Both the position numbers and the translations under genes were made by a program. DNA of 63,165 bases, filler included, from Chiloscyllium plagiosum (taxonomy: Eukaryota): NCBI RefSeq assembly GCF_004010195.1. It is 4 parts of one record of this genome, joined end to end, with 100 filler letters (N's around TTAATTAATTAA, not from the genome) between each part and the next. Parts side by side here need not be neighbours in the genome. Positions count along the whole stretch, not along the records: positions 1 to 13,244 come from NC_057712.1; positions 13,345 to 29,675 come from NC_057712.1; 2 more parts are not named here. One strand, written 5' to 3'. The notes under the pieces are model-generated. The model worked only from the letters and a program-made list of their open reading frames with translations. It had not been told where the DNA came from and searched no databases. Positions within the stretch are counted from its first letter, which is position 1, and each line of letters begins with the position of its first letter. Below are positions 12,938 through 26,430 of this stretch, in pieces.

Positions 12938-13244
12938 AGAGTCATAGAGTCATAGAGATATACAGCACGGAAACAGACCCTTTGATTCAACCTGTCCATG
13001 CCGACCAGATATCCCAACCCAATCTAGTCCCACCTGCCAGCACTTGGCCCATATCCCTCCAAACCCTTCCTACTCACATACCCATCCAAATGCCTCTTAA
13101 ATGTTGCAATTGTACCAGCCTCCACCACATCCTCTGGCAGCTCATTCCATACACGTATCACCCTCTGCGTGAAAAAGTTCCCCTTAGGTCTCTTTTTATA
13201 TCTTTCCCCTCTCACCCTAAACCTATGCCCTCTAGTTCTGGACT
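12938..13244 (-). mobile_element. Young CR1/HER1 3' end running into a gap
   Basis: gagtcatagagtcatagag tail; RGERYK..GNFFTQRVIRVWNELP. Confidence 0.9.
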
Positions 13245-13344
13245 NNNNNNNNNNNNNNNNNNNNNNNNNNNNNNNNNNNNNNNNNNNNTTAATTAATTAA
13301 NNNNNNNNNNNNNNNNNNNNNNNNNNNNNNNNNNNNNNNNNNNN
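13245..13344. other. Artificial gap spacer N44-TTAATTAATTAA-N44
   Basis: Identical 100-nt structure occurs three times; the core has stops in all frames. Confidence 0.95.
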
Positions 13345-13650
13345 TGGGCGCAGGTTTTGCAATTCCTGCAGTGGCAAGGGAGTGTGCCACGACGGGACGG
13401 TGGTTCGTTGGGGGGCGTGGACCTGACCAGGTAGTCACGGAGGGAACGTTCTTTGCGGAAGGCGGAGAGGGGTGGGGAGGGGAATATATCCCTGGTGGTG
13501 GGGTCTGTTTGGAGGTGGCGGAAATGTCGGCGGATGATTTGGTTTATGCGAAGGTTGGTAGGGTGGAAGGTGAGCACCAGGGGCGTTCTGTCCTTGTTAC
13601 GGTTGGAGGGGTGGGGTCTGAGGGCGGCGGTGCGGGATGTAGACGAGATG
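13345..13650 (-). mobile_element. Penelope-like element fragment (RT to GIY-YIG linker)
   Basis: LTFHPTNLRINQIIRRHFRHLQTDPTTRDIFPSPPLSAFRKERSLRDYLV..PCHCRNCKTC. Confidence 0.9.
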
Positions 13651-15159
13651 TTGTTGTTTTTTTTGTTATGAAAAGCATTTGGGCATCTTCACTTTACCTT
13701 TTGGCTGATCACCCTTCTCCATCTCCTCCTGACAATTAATCAGTCTTGTTCCAGTCCCATTACACATGTTTCTTGTCATTGCAGCTTTCAATCTGATCTC
13801 ACGCTTTCCTTTCCTCTTCCTGCAATCCATCAAACCTCATGTTACCACATTTCCTCCCTCTCTGCAACAGATGATCATACCATTTCACTCACATCTGGGC
13901 TACTTTCTTCGATGTTTCCACAACTTTCACTGACCCCCTGTGGTGCCAGTTCTTCAGTTTATCATTACTCCATGCGTTCATCTCATTGTGCATCTTTTCA
14001 TTGTCATTCAATCATTCCCAGAAGATCAAACATCCAACACGCACCCAGATCCAAGTTGTAACTTTCATTATAAACCTAAGATTCCACACAAAATGACAGG
14101 CTGATTTGAGAATAACTTTCAAACTTTCCAACATCAATAACCAATTGTTCAACTGAGCTTTCTTATTTTCTTTTAAAATTATGCAGTTTTAATACAGTGG
14201 TTGCATTATAACTTTTTTTGTAGCTGCGTACATTCACACAGAAAAAGAAAATAGTCAATTGAAAACTGACAAAATTATTTACAGCAATTTAATTGCTTTC
14301 CTCTTTAAACCTACTCTCCAGCTAGTGTTAAGATTTCCATTTTTAATTTGTAATTCTTTCAACTTGATGATTTGTGTTTAGTACTGCCACTTGCTAATTG
14401 TCCATTGTTTAGTTTGTATTTGTTTCCTGAAAATGTAAATTCAACTAATTAAGTGCAAAAATATGGAAATAAATGAACATGCAAATGTGATGGTATCTTA
14501 AATGACGACAAAATGCATGTTGGATTTTCCACTTCTATAAAAATATAGCTATTATGTTAAGTAGACTGAGGAAACATTCTTTAAAAAATGATTGGAGTGT
14601 TGTCATATGAAATCTTAATCTTACGGGAAATATGTTTTAAAATATTTGTGTTCTGTCTCTCTCAGTTTGTCTAAAAGTGGTTTCCAATTGGTTACTATAA
14701 CAACCGCTCCATGTCTCAGTAATGAAGGCAAATTTTAATTTTAAACATCAAGCTGCCTATAGTCAGCTGTACTGTAACAAATTAGAAACTAACTTCCCAG
14801 TTGGGCAATTTGAGAGCTACAGAATAAGGTCATTGAAAAGCCTGTGCAGATTAAAATTAGGGGTTACCTCCAACTCATTATTTCTTTTTTGAATAAAACA
14901 GGGGAAATGCATTCAGAATTGCTTGCAATATGTCCTAAAAATGCAATTAGTATTCATCCAGAAGACTAAGAACTGAAAGGACTAATGCTAATTAAATTGT
15001 TTTAAGGGTAGGTAGAAGCAGTTACGTTATTAGGACTGGATAATTCATTCGATTCTTCCTCGATCTTTTTGAAGTAAACCGAAAGTAAGTTGCTGTTATC
15101 ATGGCCGAATCAAGAGATGAAAAGTAAGGTCACATTAAGGGAGGCAAACCAATGACTAG

Positions 15160-15860
15160 TTGGCTTGACATGGGGAAAGTGTTACAGTTGATCATAAAGA
15201 GCTCACTGTCGGGCACTTAGGAAAACTCAAGAAATTTGGAAAGAGTCAACACAGTTTTATGAAAAGGAAATTATATTTAGCTAAATTATTCGAGTCAATT
15301 GAATGAATCACATCTGCTATAGATAACGGGAACTTTGTAGATGCCCTTGGCTTTTGACAAAATGCCGAAGAAAAGGTTACCACGTAAAGTAGGAGCTCAC
15401 CTTGTAGGGAATAGCAGATTCGCTGGCTGGCAGAAAGCAGAGAGCATGCATAAATGGGTCTTTTTAGGAATGTGATCAGTAGAGTCCCTTAAAGGTCCTA
15501 TGTTTGGGCTTCAGATTTTTACAATTTATGTCAATGCCTTGGATGAGGGAAGTGAAGGCATGGTGGCTAAATCTGCAAGTTAGACAAAGATGAGTTCAAA
15601 ATGATGTTGTGAAGGGAACGTAAGAAAGTTGCATAGGTTGAGTGAATGGGCAAAAATCTGGTACATGGAGAATAATGTGAGAAAATGTGAAAATATTCAC
15701 TTTGGCAGAAAAAATAAAGTAGCTGAGTATTTCATAAAAAGAGAATGATTGTAGAATTTCAGTGTGTAGAGGGATCTGGGTATTCTAATGTATTAGTGGC
15801 TAAAGGGAGAGGCACAAAGGCAGAGCACATAATCAAGAAGACTAATATGATGCTATCCTT
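15160..15860 (+). mobile_element. Old CR1 LINE RT remnant (continues ~17215-17760)
   Basis: Degenerate QHGF / PQG / KFADDTK-like nucleotide segments. Confidence 0.6.
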
Positions 15861-15874
15861 TAATCCAAATGCCA

Positions 15875-17215
15875 GACAGATGTTCCCTCCCAGTGGGGGA
15901 ACACTTCAGCGGTCAGGGACATTTGGCCTCAGATCTTCGGGTAACCATCCTCCAAGACACCTTCGGGATATGCAACAATGCATAGTGGCCAAGCAGTAGC
16001 TCATAGCCAAGTTCAGTACCCATGAAGATAGCTTCAACCAGGACCTTGAGTGCATGTCACACCACAGGTGACCCCACTATACTATACACTCACACACAAG
16101 TACAAATACACACACATTCTTACATACTAACACACTCACACAGACCCTTTCTCACACACACACACACTCTCACAGATGCATACATGTACATCACCCACAC
16201 TCACACCTACGCATATACCCTCTCACAAGTTTTTACTCCTACACACTCACTCACACATTCTGTCAAACACACACGTGCAAACACACACACACACACATTC
16301 TTTCTCTGTCTCTCTCTTGCTCTCTGTCTCTCTCGCCCCCTTACATGCACACACACACATAAGTCCGGGAGGTGAATTTGCATTTGCAGAATTGTAGATA
16401 CACTCTATTTTCTTCAAAAATCACACAATCTGCAGGCACTCAATGCAGGCAGTCAATCCATATAACATTTTATAAATTTCAACTTTGGAAATAGAACCAG
16501 TCTGACTCAAGATTGAGATACAGACAGACTCTAACCTCACACCTTTAATGCATTGTCTGGGCTGAGATGTCACCTATTTTTATAAAAGTTATCTCAAGAA
16601 TCTGACTTAAAAGAAGTTTTGGGATTTACATATTAATGAACCGAAACCTGCTACCAGTTCTAAAAGATGAAAGACTTAACAGCAATATAGGTTTTTTTCA
16701 ATATATCCTTTCAATTGCATGACACTGTGGTCTTTTGCTATGAATTCTGTGTCTTATGATCCTGCTCCACAGCTACGTGATGAAGGAGCAACATTCTGAA
16801 AACTAATACAGGTAGACAACTCTTTATCCGAAATCCTGAAATCTGAAAAACTCCAAATTTGGAAGGTTTTTTGGTGAAGCTTTTCTCACTAACAAGGTTG
16901 TTTGGCCTGCAAACAGTTAACCCAAGTCAACACCAACTTGGTGCATGTCACTCAGATGTGGCGTGGGGGGGGGGTGTGGCCCAGCACTGGAAGGCCTCAA
17001 TTCACGGTCCCGTTTAACTCAGTGAGTCTGCTCCTCCAGTAAGATTTTTTTAAAATTTCATGATCAAACTGTCATTTATTCTGAAATTCAAAAAATTCTG
17101 AATTCCGAAAACCAGCTGGTCCTGAGCATATCAGATAAAGGATTGTGCACCTGTACTTCCAAATAAACCCGTTGAACTATAATCTGATGTTGTTTGATTT
17201 TTAACTTTAGTACAC
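15875..17215 (+). mobile_element. Penelope-like element 3' part with CA-rich tract and pseudo-LTR
   Basis: Homologous to 29869-30116 (+) and 30120-30810 (-); degenerate hammerhead at ~16778-16805. Confidence 0.7.
16809..17153. mobile_element. Tc1/mariner (Tigger-like) MITE
   Basis: TA on both flanks (16807-8, 17154-5); imperfect ~26-bp TIRs CAGGTAGACAACTCTTTATCCGAAAT / ATATCAGATAAAGGATTGTGCACCTG; splits a PLE terminal repeat. Confidence 0.85.
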
Positions 17216-17791
17216 AAGAAATCAAACATAAATGTAAGTATATTCTGCTTTTGTTATACAGAGCTTTGGTGAAATGAAATCTCAAATACAGTGTGTAGTT
17301 TTGGTCTCCTTATTTAGTACATAATCACATTGAGGCTGCACAAATGAGATTTGTTAAACTGATAGATGCAATAAGAGCCTAATTTTATGAGGAAAGGCTC
17401 TTTTCCACACAATTTTGGAAGAGTGAGAAGCGACTTGATTCAAGTATATCAGATCCTGAACAGGTGGAGATAAAAGTGATGTTTTCTTTTGTAGAAACAA
17501 AAACAAAAACACAAATTGCTGGAAAACCTCAGCAGGTCTAGCAACATCTGTGGAGAGACAAAAGAGTTAATGTTTCAGGTCCAGTGACCCTTCTTCAGAA
17601 TAGATGTGTCCAGAACTGGGAGGTACCATCTAAAAATTAGGGATCACTGTTTTACAATAGAGACAAGGAGTTTTTTACGTCTCTCTCACACTGTTGTACA
17701 ACTGTGGAACTCTCTGCCTCAGAAGGCAGTGGAAGGAATTTTAAGGAAAGGGAATCAAAGTTTATCAAGGGAGCAGATGGCAATGCAGAAT

Positions 17792-18087
17792 GGTGTGGCA
17801 CAGTGGCACAGTGGTTAGCACTGCTGCCTCACAGCACCAGAGACCTGGCTTCAAATCCCACCTCAGGCAACTGTCTGTGTGGAGTTTGCACATTCTCCCT
17901 GTATCTGTGTGGGTTTCCTCCCACAATCCAAAAATGTCCAGGTTAGGTGAATTGGCCATGCTAAATTGCCTGTAGTGTTAGGTGAAGGGGTAAATGTAGG
18001 GGAATGGGTCTGGGTGGGTTGCTCTTCAGAGGGTCGGTGTGGACTTGTTGGGCTGAAGGGCCTGTTTTCACACTGTAAGTAATCTAA
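17792..18087 (+). mobile_element. HE1-type V-SINE
   Basis: Same head, V-domain and tail as 6783-7097. Confidence 0.9.
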
Positions 18088-19297
18088 AGAATTCAAATCA
18101 CAAACAATTCAGCCACTATCTTATTGAATAGCACAGTAGACATGAGGGGCCAAATGGCCTAGTTCTGTATCTAATTTACATATTTGTGCAACTCCTTCTC
18201 TCAGGCCATTTTCTATCAAATGCTTTGATGGAATACGGTCATCATTGGCTAGCAGAACATTTAGTGCCTATGTCTAATTGGCCATGAGAAGATGATGGTG
18301 AGTTGTCCACTTGAACAGACCATAGTGTTAGGTAGATCCACAATGCTGTTGCTAAGGAGTTGAATGGATTGGACCCACTAAAATGAAAAGAACAATATAG
18401 TTCAGAAGTAGTCAGAATGGTGTGTAGTTTGAGGGGAAATTTGTAAGAGAGGCACGCCCATGCATCAGCTGCCCTTGTCCTTCTAAGTGCCTACACTTTG
18501 TCATGGTTTATGAAGTGCTGTTGAACGACCCTTGGGGGTGAGTTAGTGCAGTGCAGTTTGTAGATGCTGCCATAGTAGTTCAGTGGTGGAGCACTTTTCA
18601 ACACTCTCCTAACTCATGCCTACAGATTGCAGACAGGCTTTGAAGAGTCAGCAGGTTAGTTATTTGCTGCAAAATCTCAGCTACAATATTTATATGACTG
18701 GGTCCAGTTCAGTTTCAGACCAATAATATCCCTTGGATGTTGATAGTGGGAGATTCTTCAGTTGTGATGCCATTGAATGTCAAGGAGAGGTGATTTTTAA
18801 AATTGAAGTTTGCCATTAACTGACATGTGTCATGTGAATGTTACTTGATACTTCTCTGCCCTAGCCTGCATGTTGTTCAGGTATTGCTGCATTTGGACAC
18901 AAACTGCTTCAACATCTGAGGAATAGAGAGGAACATCCTTGACCATTGCCAATCTGACCTTGAGATGAACGGCAGATAATTGATGAAGCAGGTGAAGATG
19001 GTTGGGACTAGAACCCAATCAAAAGGAGCTCCTGCAAAGATTTCTCAAGTCTGAAATGATTGACCTTCAACAACCAAAACCATCTTCCCTTGTGCTAGTA
19101 TAACTGCCACCAGTTGTGAATTTTTCCACTGAATCTGACCTTTGACTGGATTATCTTCAGTTTTATTCGGGCTTCTTAATGCCACACTCTGGGAAATGCT
19201 GCCATTATGTCAACTGCCTTCACCCTCACCTCAATTCTTGAGTTCTACTCTTCTGTTGATTTATGGACCAATGCTGTAATGAAGTCAAAAGTTGAGT

Positions 19298-19538
19298 AGA
19301 TTAGATTACATTACAGTGTGGAAACAGGCCCTTCGGCCCAACAAGTCCACACCGACCCGCCGAAGCGAACCCACCCATACCCCTACATTTACCCCTTACC
19401 TAACACTACGGGCAATTTAGCATGGCCAATTCACCTGACCCTGCACATCTTTGGACTGTGGGAGGAAACCAGAGCACCCGGAGGAAACCCACGCAGACAC
19501 GGGGAGAACGTGCAAACTCCACACAGTCAGTCGCCTGA
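19298..19538 (-). mobile_element. 5'-truncated HE1-type V-SINE
   Basis: tagattagattacattacagtgtggaaacaggccc tail and V-domain. Confidence 0.9.
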
Positions 19539-20384
19539 TGGTTCTGATATCAGTGAGCAGGTTATTGCTGAGCAGATGCCACTTGGTAACACTGTTGATG
19601 ACTCCTTCTATCACTTTGCTAGAGTGATGAACAGCTGGGTTAGATTTGTCCTGCTTGTTGTAGATAATTTTCTCTCCTGCCAATAAAATGTCAATGCTGT
19701 GTCTATCTGGAACAGCTAAACCAAGGGAATTAATAATCATGGGGTATAAATCTTTTTTTTAACTATCATCCACAGCCTTTGAAATTTACATCACTTTCAT
19801 TTTATGCATGCAGTGAATCAAATTGATTGAAGACTGGCATCAGAAATGTGGGTAATTCCAGGAAAAGGTCTGCACTATGTACTGAAGATTGTTGCAAATG
19901 TTTCAGTCTTGTCTTGTGCAATGCTGTGCAAGGTCCTCCATCATTGAGGATGAAGATAATTGTGGTCCCTCTTCCTCCTGTTGGTTATCTAATTTTGAAC
20001 CACCCTTCACAGCTGACTATGGCAGGACGACAAAGTTTATCTGTTGGCTGTGGATTGGTTCATTCTGTTTATTGTATGCTGCTTCTGCCTTTTGGAGTAC
20101 AAGTGCTAGGTGCCACCTGTTCTTAGGTATGCATGATGCTACTCATAGTATACCTTCATATGATTTCCATTGAACTAGGATTGATACCTCAGCTTAATTC
20201 TAATGTTAGAGTGGTTGGCTACAATTCCTCCACTGCTGATGACCCACAGTTGCTCAGTCTTGACTTGCTATATCTATTTCAGAACAATCCTAGTTAATGT
20301 GGTGGTAACATCACATAACATGATGGAATGCATCTTAACAGGCCACTTCTACAAGGACGGTGCTGTGGTCACCCCTACCAATAC

Positions 20385-21714
20385 TGTTACATCACGGGGT
20401 AAACTCTCCTGCTTAATTTAAACCAGCAACATAGAAAAGGTTTATTCCATGTAGTAATCTGCAAACATTTGAGAGGCCAAGAACTATTTAAAGTAAAAAT
20501 TAACAACCTTATTTCTTAAAGTATAATTAACTAACAACTATTTACAACTCCTTCCTCGAATCTACCTTTTACTTTCCCTTCTATAATACTAGCTGAAAAT
20601 GTGTTGCTGGAAAAGCACAGCAGGTCAGGCAGCATATAAGGAGCAGGAGAATCGATGTTTTGGGCATGAGCCCTTCTTCACGAATGAGGAGAGTGTACCA
20701 AGCAGGCTAAGATATAAGGTAGGAAGGAGGGACTTGGGGGAGGGGCTTTGGAAATGCGATAGGTGGAAGGAGGTTAAGGTGAGGGTCATAGACTGGAGTG
20801 GGGGTGGGGGCGGAGAGGTCAGGAAGAAGATTGCAGGTTAGGAAGGTGGTGCTGAGTTCGAGGGTTGGGACTGAGACAAGGTGGGGGGGAGGGGAAATGA
20901 GGAAACTGGAGAAATCTGAGTTCATCCCTTGTGATTGGAGGGTTCCTAGGCGGAAGATGAGGTGCTCTTCCTCCAACCATCGTGTTGCTATGGTCTGGTG
21001 ATGGAGGAGTCCAAGGACCTGCATGTCCTTGGTGGAGTGGGAGGGGGAGTTGAAGTGTTGAGCCACGGGGTGGTTGGGTTGGTTGGTCCGGGTGTCCCAG
21101 AGGTGTTCTCTGAAACGTTCCGCAAGTAGGCGGCCTGTCTCCCCAATATAGAGGAGGCCACATCAGGTGCAGCAGATGCAGTAAATGATGTAATAATACT
21201 AGTCTATAATACTAGTCTGATCAAACCCCCGATTAAGATTTCTCAAAAACTAAAATTTTCAAAACCAGCCAGATGTCGAACCTTCTCTTTATATCTTCCT
21301 CGGTCTTCTTTTCTTCTTCTTAGTGATTTCTGTTTCACAGGTTACTGATCGCCAAAGTTACCTTTAAAAGAGCCAATCTCTGGGCAGTTTGCAGATGCAG
21401 GTGGCTTGGAAGTTCTCTTCCCAAATGTTCAATTTTCCACAGTCTTGTACTCCCAAAGTATTGGATTGAGTCATTGGCTTTTAAGATTGTCAATATACTA
21501 AATTCAAACTTGATTGGAGTTTGGTATTTTTCATGGTATAATTTAAACTGATTGGCCTAACTCGAATCTGTTTTATTGTTTCCAGGCAACTAGCTACCCT
21601 AGCTACTGGACCAAAAGGTTACATTATATCTTGTTCAGAACACTTGGTGCTGTCAGGTAGTTGTGCTAGCTTTTAACTCTCTTAAAGGTACAGTACACCC
21701 ACATCTTCATAACA
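20385..21714. mobile_element. Solo LTR (Gypsy-like) with nested PLE fragment
   Basis: TGTTAC...ATAACA termini; 4-bp TSD ATAC at 20381-20384 and 21715-21718; same family as 27552-28268. Confidence 0.85.
20593..21191 (-). mobile_element. Penelope-like element 3' end (GIY-YIG C-terminus plus pseudo-LTR)
   Basis: AQHFNSPSHSTKDMQVLGLL...LEEEHLIFRLGTLQSQGMNSDF; ataatactag duplicated at the flanks. Confidence 0.9.
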
Positions 21715-22684
21715 ATACTGCCATGGACAGATGTATCTGCAACAGATAGATTAGTGAGGACATGGTCAAGTAAATTTTTTCTTCTCTTGGTTCCCTCATC
21801 TCCTGCAGACCCAGCCCAACAGATAGGTTAACAGCTAATCAAGCTGGCTCAGTCAGGAGTGGTGCTAATGAGCCACTCCTTATGATGGATATTGAAATCT
21901 GCTACCTTGCCTTCTTCAAATCTTCTTCTAACTGACTTTCAATACAGAGATGTGTGAGATAGTAATCAGTGGGAAGTTCTCTTGGTCACATTTGATCTGA
22001 TGCCTTGAGACTTATTCAGACCCAGAGACAATGTTGCAGACTTCCAGGTAACTCACTGCTGGCTGTATGTGCAGTGGTGCCATCTCTGATTGGTCTACAT
22101 TGTTGGTGGCTTTTACTTTCAAAATAAATGGCCAGGGGAGAAATTCTTCACCAGTGATTCATGCGTGTTTTTTATAAATTGATCCTCATTCTTTCTCCCC
22201 TGAAAGATTAAATACCATGTGAACAGGAAGAATTCATTAAGAACATTTTAACCACTCTCAATACAATCATCAACAGCATACTCTCAGAATGAATACATAT
22301 CGATTATTAAAAGTCAAATTGTATCCATCCTTATCTCACTTCAACATTGTAATATCAATTGATAAGACATCATTGCTGATACAGTTATCTTACAGGCATT
22401 AATCGGATTGTGATCTATAATTAACAGAAACAGAGAATGTTGGAGAAACTCAGCAGATCTGACAACATCTGTGGAGAAAAGATAGAATTAACATTTTGGA
22501 TCCAGTGACCCTTTTTCAGAACTGGAATGATTCTGTAAGGTAAAGAAAGACCATTTTTGGTTTTCTACTTTCTTTTTACATCTTCAAACAGCATCAATAT
22601 TGGACAATAACCCAAATAACCTCATTTCTAAAGTCTAATGAACCTGATCATTCCAGATTGAAACTCTGAGTAATATTAATGCTT

Positions 22685-22807
22685 CGTAACTCCACAGGGA
22701 CCAGTATCCTGTTACAAGTCATCCTTTATTTGCACATGAACAGTCCTTGCCTTTAGTGTTGCCCCTTCAGAACTAGCTCTCAGAGTGAATAGAACCTCTG
22801 ACACTCA
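22685..22807 (-). mobile_element. Partial LTR of the 4372-4596 family
   Basis: Reverse complement matches gagtgtcagag...cactctgagag...caggatactgg..ctgtggagtta. Confidence 0.6.
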
Positions 22808-22959
22808 GAGTCATGGAGATGTACAGCACAGAAACAGATCCTCCAGTCTAACATGTCCATGCCAACCAGATATCCTAAATTAATCTAATCCCATTTGCCA
22901 GCATTTGACTTATATCCCCCTAAACCCTTCCTATTCATATACCCATCCAGATGCCTTAT

Positions 22960-23775
22960 AAGTGCTGTTCAACACTATTATCCCCTTGAGACTGCTACTA
23001 AACTTAGTGATCTCAGACTAAGCCCCACTCTCTGCAACTGGATCCTCAGTTTCCTGACCCACAGGCCACAATCAGTGAAGATTGAGGACAATATTTCATC
23101 CTCGCTAATACTCATCACTGGAGCCNNNNNNNNNNNNNNNNNACTCAGCCCCCTACTGTACTCACTGTATACCCATGACTGCATCGCCAAATACCTGACT
23201 AATGTCATTTACATGTTCAGTGATGACACCATCATAGTTGGTCGAATCTTAGATGGCAACGGAACAGACTATGGACTGGAGGTGGAAGACCTGGAATAAT
23301 GGTGTACTGAGAACAACCTAGCTCTCAATGCCAGCAAAACCAAGGAACTCATTATTGACTTTCGGCAGGATGTTACTCATGTCCCCCTATACATTAACAG
23401 CACAGAGGTGGAATGGGTGGAGAGTGTCAAGCTCCTGGGAGTGGTCATCCATAACAAGCTTTCTTGGACTCTTCATGTAGACGCACTGGTTACAAAGGCC
23501 CAACAATTTCTCTTCTTCCTCAGGCAGCTGAGGACATTTGGCATGATGGCAAATACCCTTGCCAACTTTTATAGGTGCACCATCGAGAGCATTCTGTCTG
23601 GATGTATCACTACCTTGTATGGCAATTGTACCATTCCAGATCGGAGACGGTTACGGAGAGTGGTGAACTCGGCCTAGCCAATCTCCAAGCTATAGAATCC
23701 ATCTACCAGGCCCGCTGTCAAGAAAAGGCCGCCAGCATTCTCAAAGATCCATCCCACCCTGGCAATGATTTTCTA
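22960..23775 (+). mobile_element. Rex1/Babar LINE RT fragment
   Basis: LCNWILSFLTHRPQSVKI..GA(N-run)LSPLLYSLYTHDC..FSDDT; LANFYRCTIESILSGCIT. Confidence 0.9.
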
Positions 23776-23777
23776 CA

Positions 23778-24090
23778 TGGTGGCTCAGCAGTTAGCACTG
23801 CTGCCTCACAGCACCAGGGTCCCAGGTTCGATTCCAGCCCTGGGTGACTGCCTGTGTGGAGTTTGCACATTCTCCTCGTGTCTGCGTGGGTTTCCTCCGG
23901 GTGTTCCGGTTTCCTCCCACAATCCAAAGATATGCAGGTCAGGTGAATTGGCCATGCTAAACTGCCCATAGTGCTCGGTGCATTAGTCAGAGGGAAATGG
24001 GTCTGGGTGAGTTACTCTTCGGAGGGTCGGTGTGGATTGGTTGGGCTGAAGGGCCTGTTTCCACATTGTAGGGAATCTAATCTAATCTAA
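23778..24090 (+). mobile_element. HE1-type V-SINE
   Basis: Head, V-domain and aatct-repeat tail. Confidence 0.9.
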
Positions 24091-26225
24091 AGAAATTAGG
24101 CAAAAAAGGGGGTAGCTTGCTCACAGTGACTGCATTAAAGAATTAATCAATTGGTGGTAAAATGTTTTGGGATATCCTGCAGATGTGAATGTTACTACTA
24201 TATATAAACATAAGCCATGTCATGTTATCATTAATCCATTTTCTCTCATTTATTTCCTCTGAGTTGACTGTTTAATCAATTAATAAAATACTGATATGCA
24301 AAGTTAAGAGATCTCACCAGAGTTGAAATTCAACAGATAAAAATAAATCGTGTTACAATATAGATTCTAATTTGATGTTACTATGCTGCTAGATATCATA
24401 ATTGTTCCATCAGATAACAAGTATGATAATCAGCTTTAAAAAACTTCACCAAAGGAACTGTTAGGTCTTTACATGCCTGTGTTATATATTCCTCCTAGAG
24501 CAATTTGAGTTATTTCTTGCTTGGAGACAACATAAAACAAACAAATCTCTGGGCAGATACCCAAACAGTATAAAGAGAACAATAAATCGTTTAATAAATA
24601 TCAAGTGCAGCACCATATTAATGCTTATTCATTGGAAATAATAAATAATGACTGTTATCTTTATGATATGTATTTTCATTTTTTACGAGTATGCTTAAGT
24701 AATGGAATAGTTTATGAATGTTTAATTGCATTTAATTGAGGTTTAAATGGTAAAGCCTTATTAAGATGTTATTTTCACTTTTTTCTAAGTGCCCTTTGCT
24801 ATCCTCTTGGTATATTTGCATTCAGTTATTTATGAAGTAGTCAAGTCTGAAGTTGCTCCATTTGAACTTGTTACAGCTGCAGTCTTATAAAAGGTTTATG
24901 GTTACCATTTCTTTTGTACATTTAGATCTTTGCATTTAATGTCATCATTTTCCTTGTGAAGCACCTGCATAAAACGCGCAACACATCAGGGCCTATGAGG
25001 ACCAGTACCGTAATTTGCTGCCATGCATTCAGTGTTCTTTTGGCTGGACTTATTAGTATAATGATCACTGCACAATTTGCTTGTATTTCTTGCTTAATTA
25101 GTACAGATAACATCAGTTATTTGTAATTCATATGCTGTCTATCATGAGGAATGAAGGGCTCTCATACATATTCTGCTTAATGATAAATTCTTGTGACTGA
25201 TTTAATCAGTAATGGTTACCTTTAATTAGTAGATAACACACTAGGGAAAAAGGTATAAATTTGTCAATTAGGTTTAGTTATTTGTAATTGATAAGGACTT
25301 CACTGGAATTTCCTTTGCTGACAGGCCATTGATTCTTATTATTAGACAATGCAAAGGTTATTACATTAAAATACTTTAGCCAGAGTGATGATGCTAGTTA
25401 GCAATTATCAACTTGCTCATCATTGTCACCCACATTTAATCAACTATGTACCTCCCTGTCACCATCACTGCTAGGGAAACACTGGAGATATACAATCCTA
25501 TCTACAAAGCTAGCCAAACAGTGGGCAGTAAAGAGGAGAACAACTAAAGATGTCAGAGTGAGCCAATACCATGCATACACATTATCACCTTATCTCCCAC
25601 ATGATGCAGTTGCTGATCAGCACAGTCTTCCACCCATTGCATCCTGCTAATAGTCAAGGAGTAATGCCACAGAGCACTAAGAAACTTCTACAGCCTCAAC
25701 AGAGACAGGGACAACTACATGAATGGTGAAACACAATGGTTTATGAAATTTAAAACTATGTATTTACCTTTGGCTGAGAAAGACATTTCAAAGACAGAGC
25801 TGCTTTCTAAATGATTTAAGACAACCATCTCACCCAACTCTACCACATATTTCACCATAGTAGACATTGGCCAGAGCCTAGTAAGATTCTACTATACTTC
25901 TCCAAACTACAGACACGCCTGTTTTGGGGTTGTTGTGGATAGATCAATCACATATTAAAGAGATGAGTAAATCTTGTTCAATTACAGTTATAAATTTCTA
26001 TATTAAAAGTGGGCAACATGGTCAGCAAGTTAATAATTGCTAACTAACATTATTACTCTGGCTAAAGTACTTTAATCTATGGAAACAGTATAATAAACAA
26101 ACCAATTGACATCAGATATAGCAATGACAACCTATGGACAAGTTTTCCAGCCATTATCTACACCTGATATTAATGCATTTTTCCCTTCCTTTTTCTTCGA
26201 TTGAGCAACACGGATCTCCCCTGTA

Positions 26226-26430
26226 CTGGACACTTGTGCCCCATCCTCCTCACCTTGTTGATGGCACTGACCCGGGTAGTGTTCTCTGATCAGACTGGCA
26301 TTGTGTAGTAGATGGCCTCTTCAGTTTCTCCTCTGGGAAGAAGATTTCTCTCTTTCTCCACCATTCCATCCCACAAGGACCTCCAGGACTCTCTCTGGGA
26401 AGCATGGTGTCAATCTCCCTGACTGGGTCA
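26226..26430 (-). pseudogene. Decayed Harbinger-type Myb/SANT-like gene fragment
   Basis: Manual translation RLTPCFPERVLEVLV/DGMVEKERNLLP...TRVSAINKVRRMGHKC. Confidence 0.5.

Larger units (their letters stand above)
18245..22080 (-). mobile_element. Old L2/Crack-like LINE, interrupted by HE1 and a solo LTR
   Basis: Colinear similarity to 6025-9140; SKVIEGVINSVTKWHLLSNNLLTD RT segment. Confidence 0.6.

Noticed and set aside
13245..13344. TTAATTAATTAA palindrome between N runs (also 29676-29775 and 50177-50276)
   Set aside because: Identical, exactly 100-nt constructs with stops in all frames: an assembly or processing spacer, not biology
16022..16397. His/Thr-rich ORFs (also 30299-30571)
   Set aside because: Produced by CA-rich tracts inside PLE tails
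17792..17870. tRNA-like sequences with A/B boxes
   Set aside because: SINE heads with no complete cloverleaf, continuing into the V-domain
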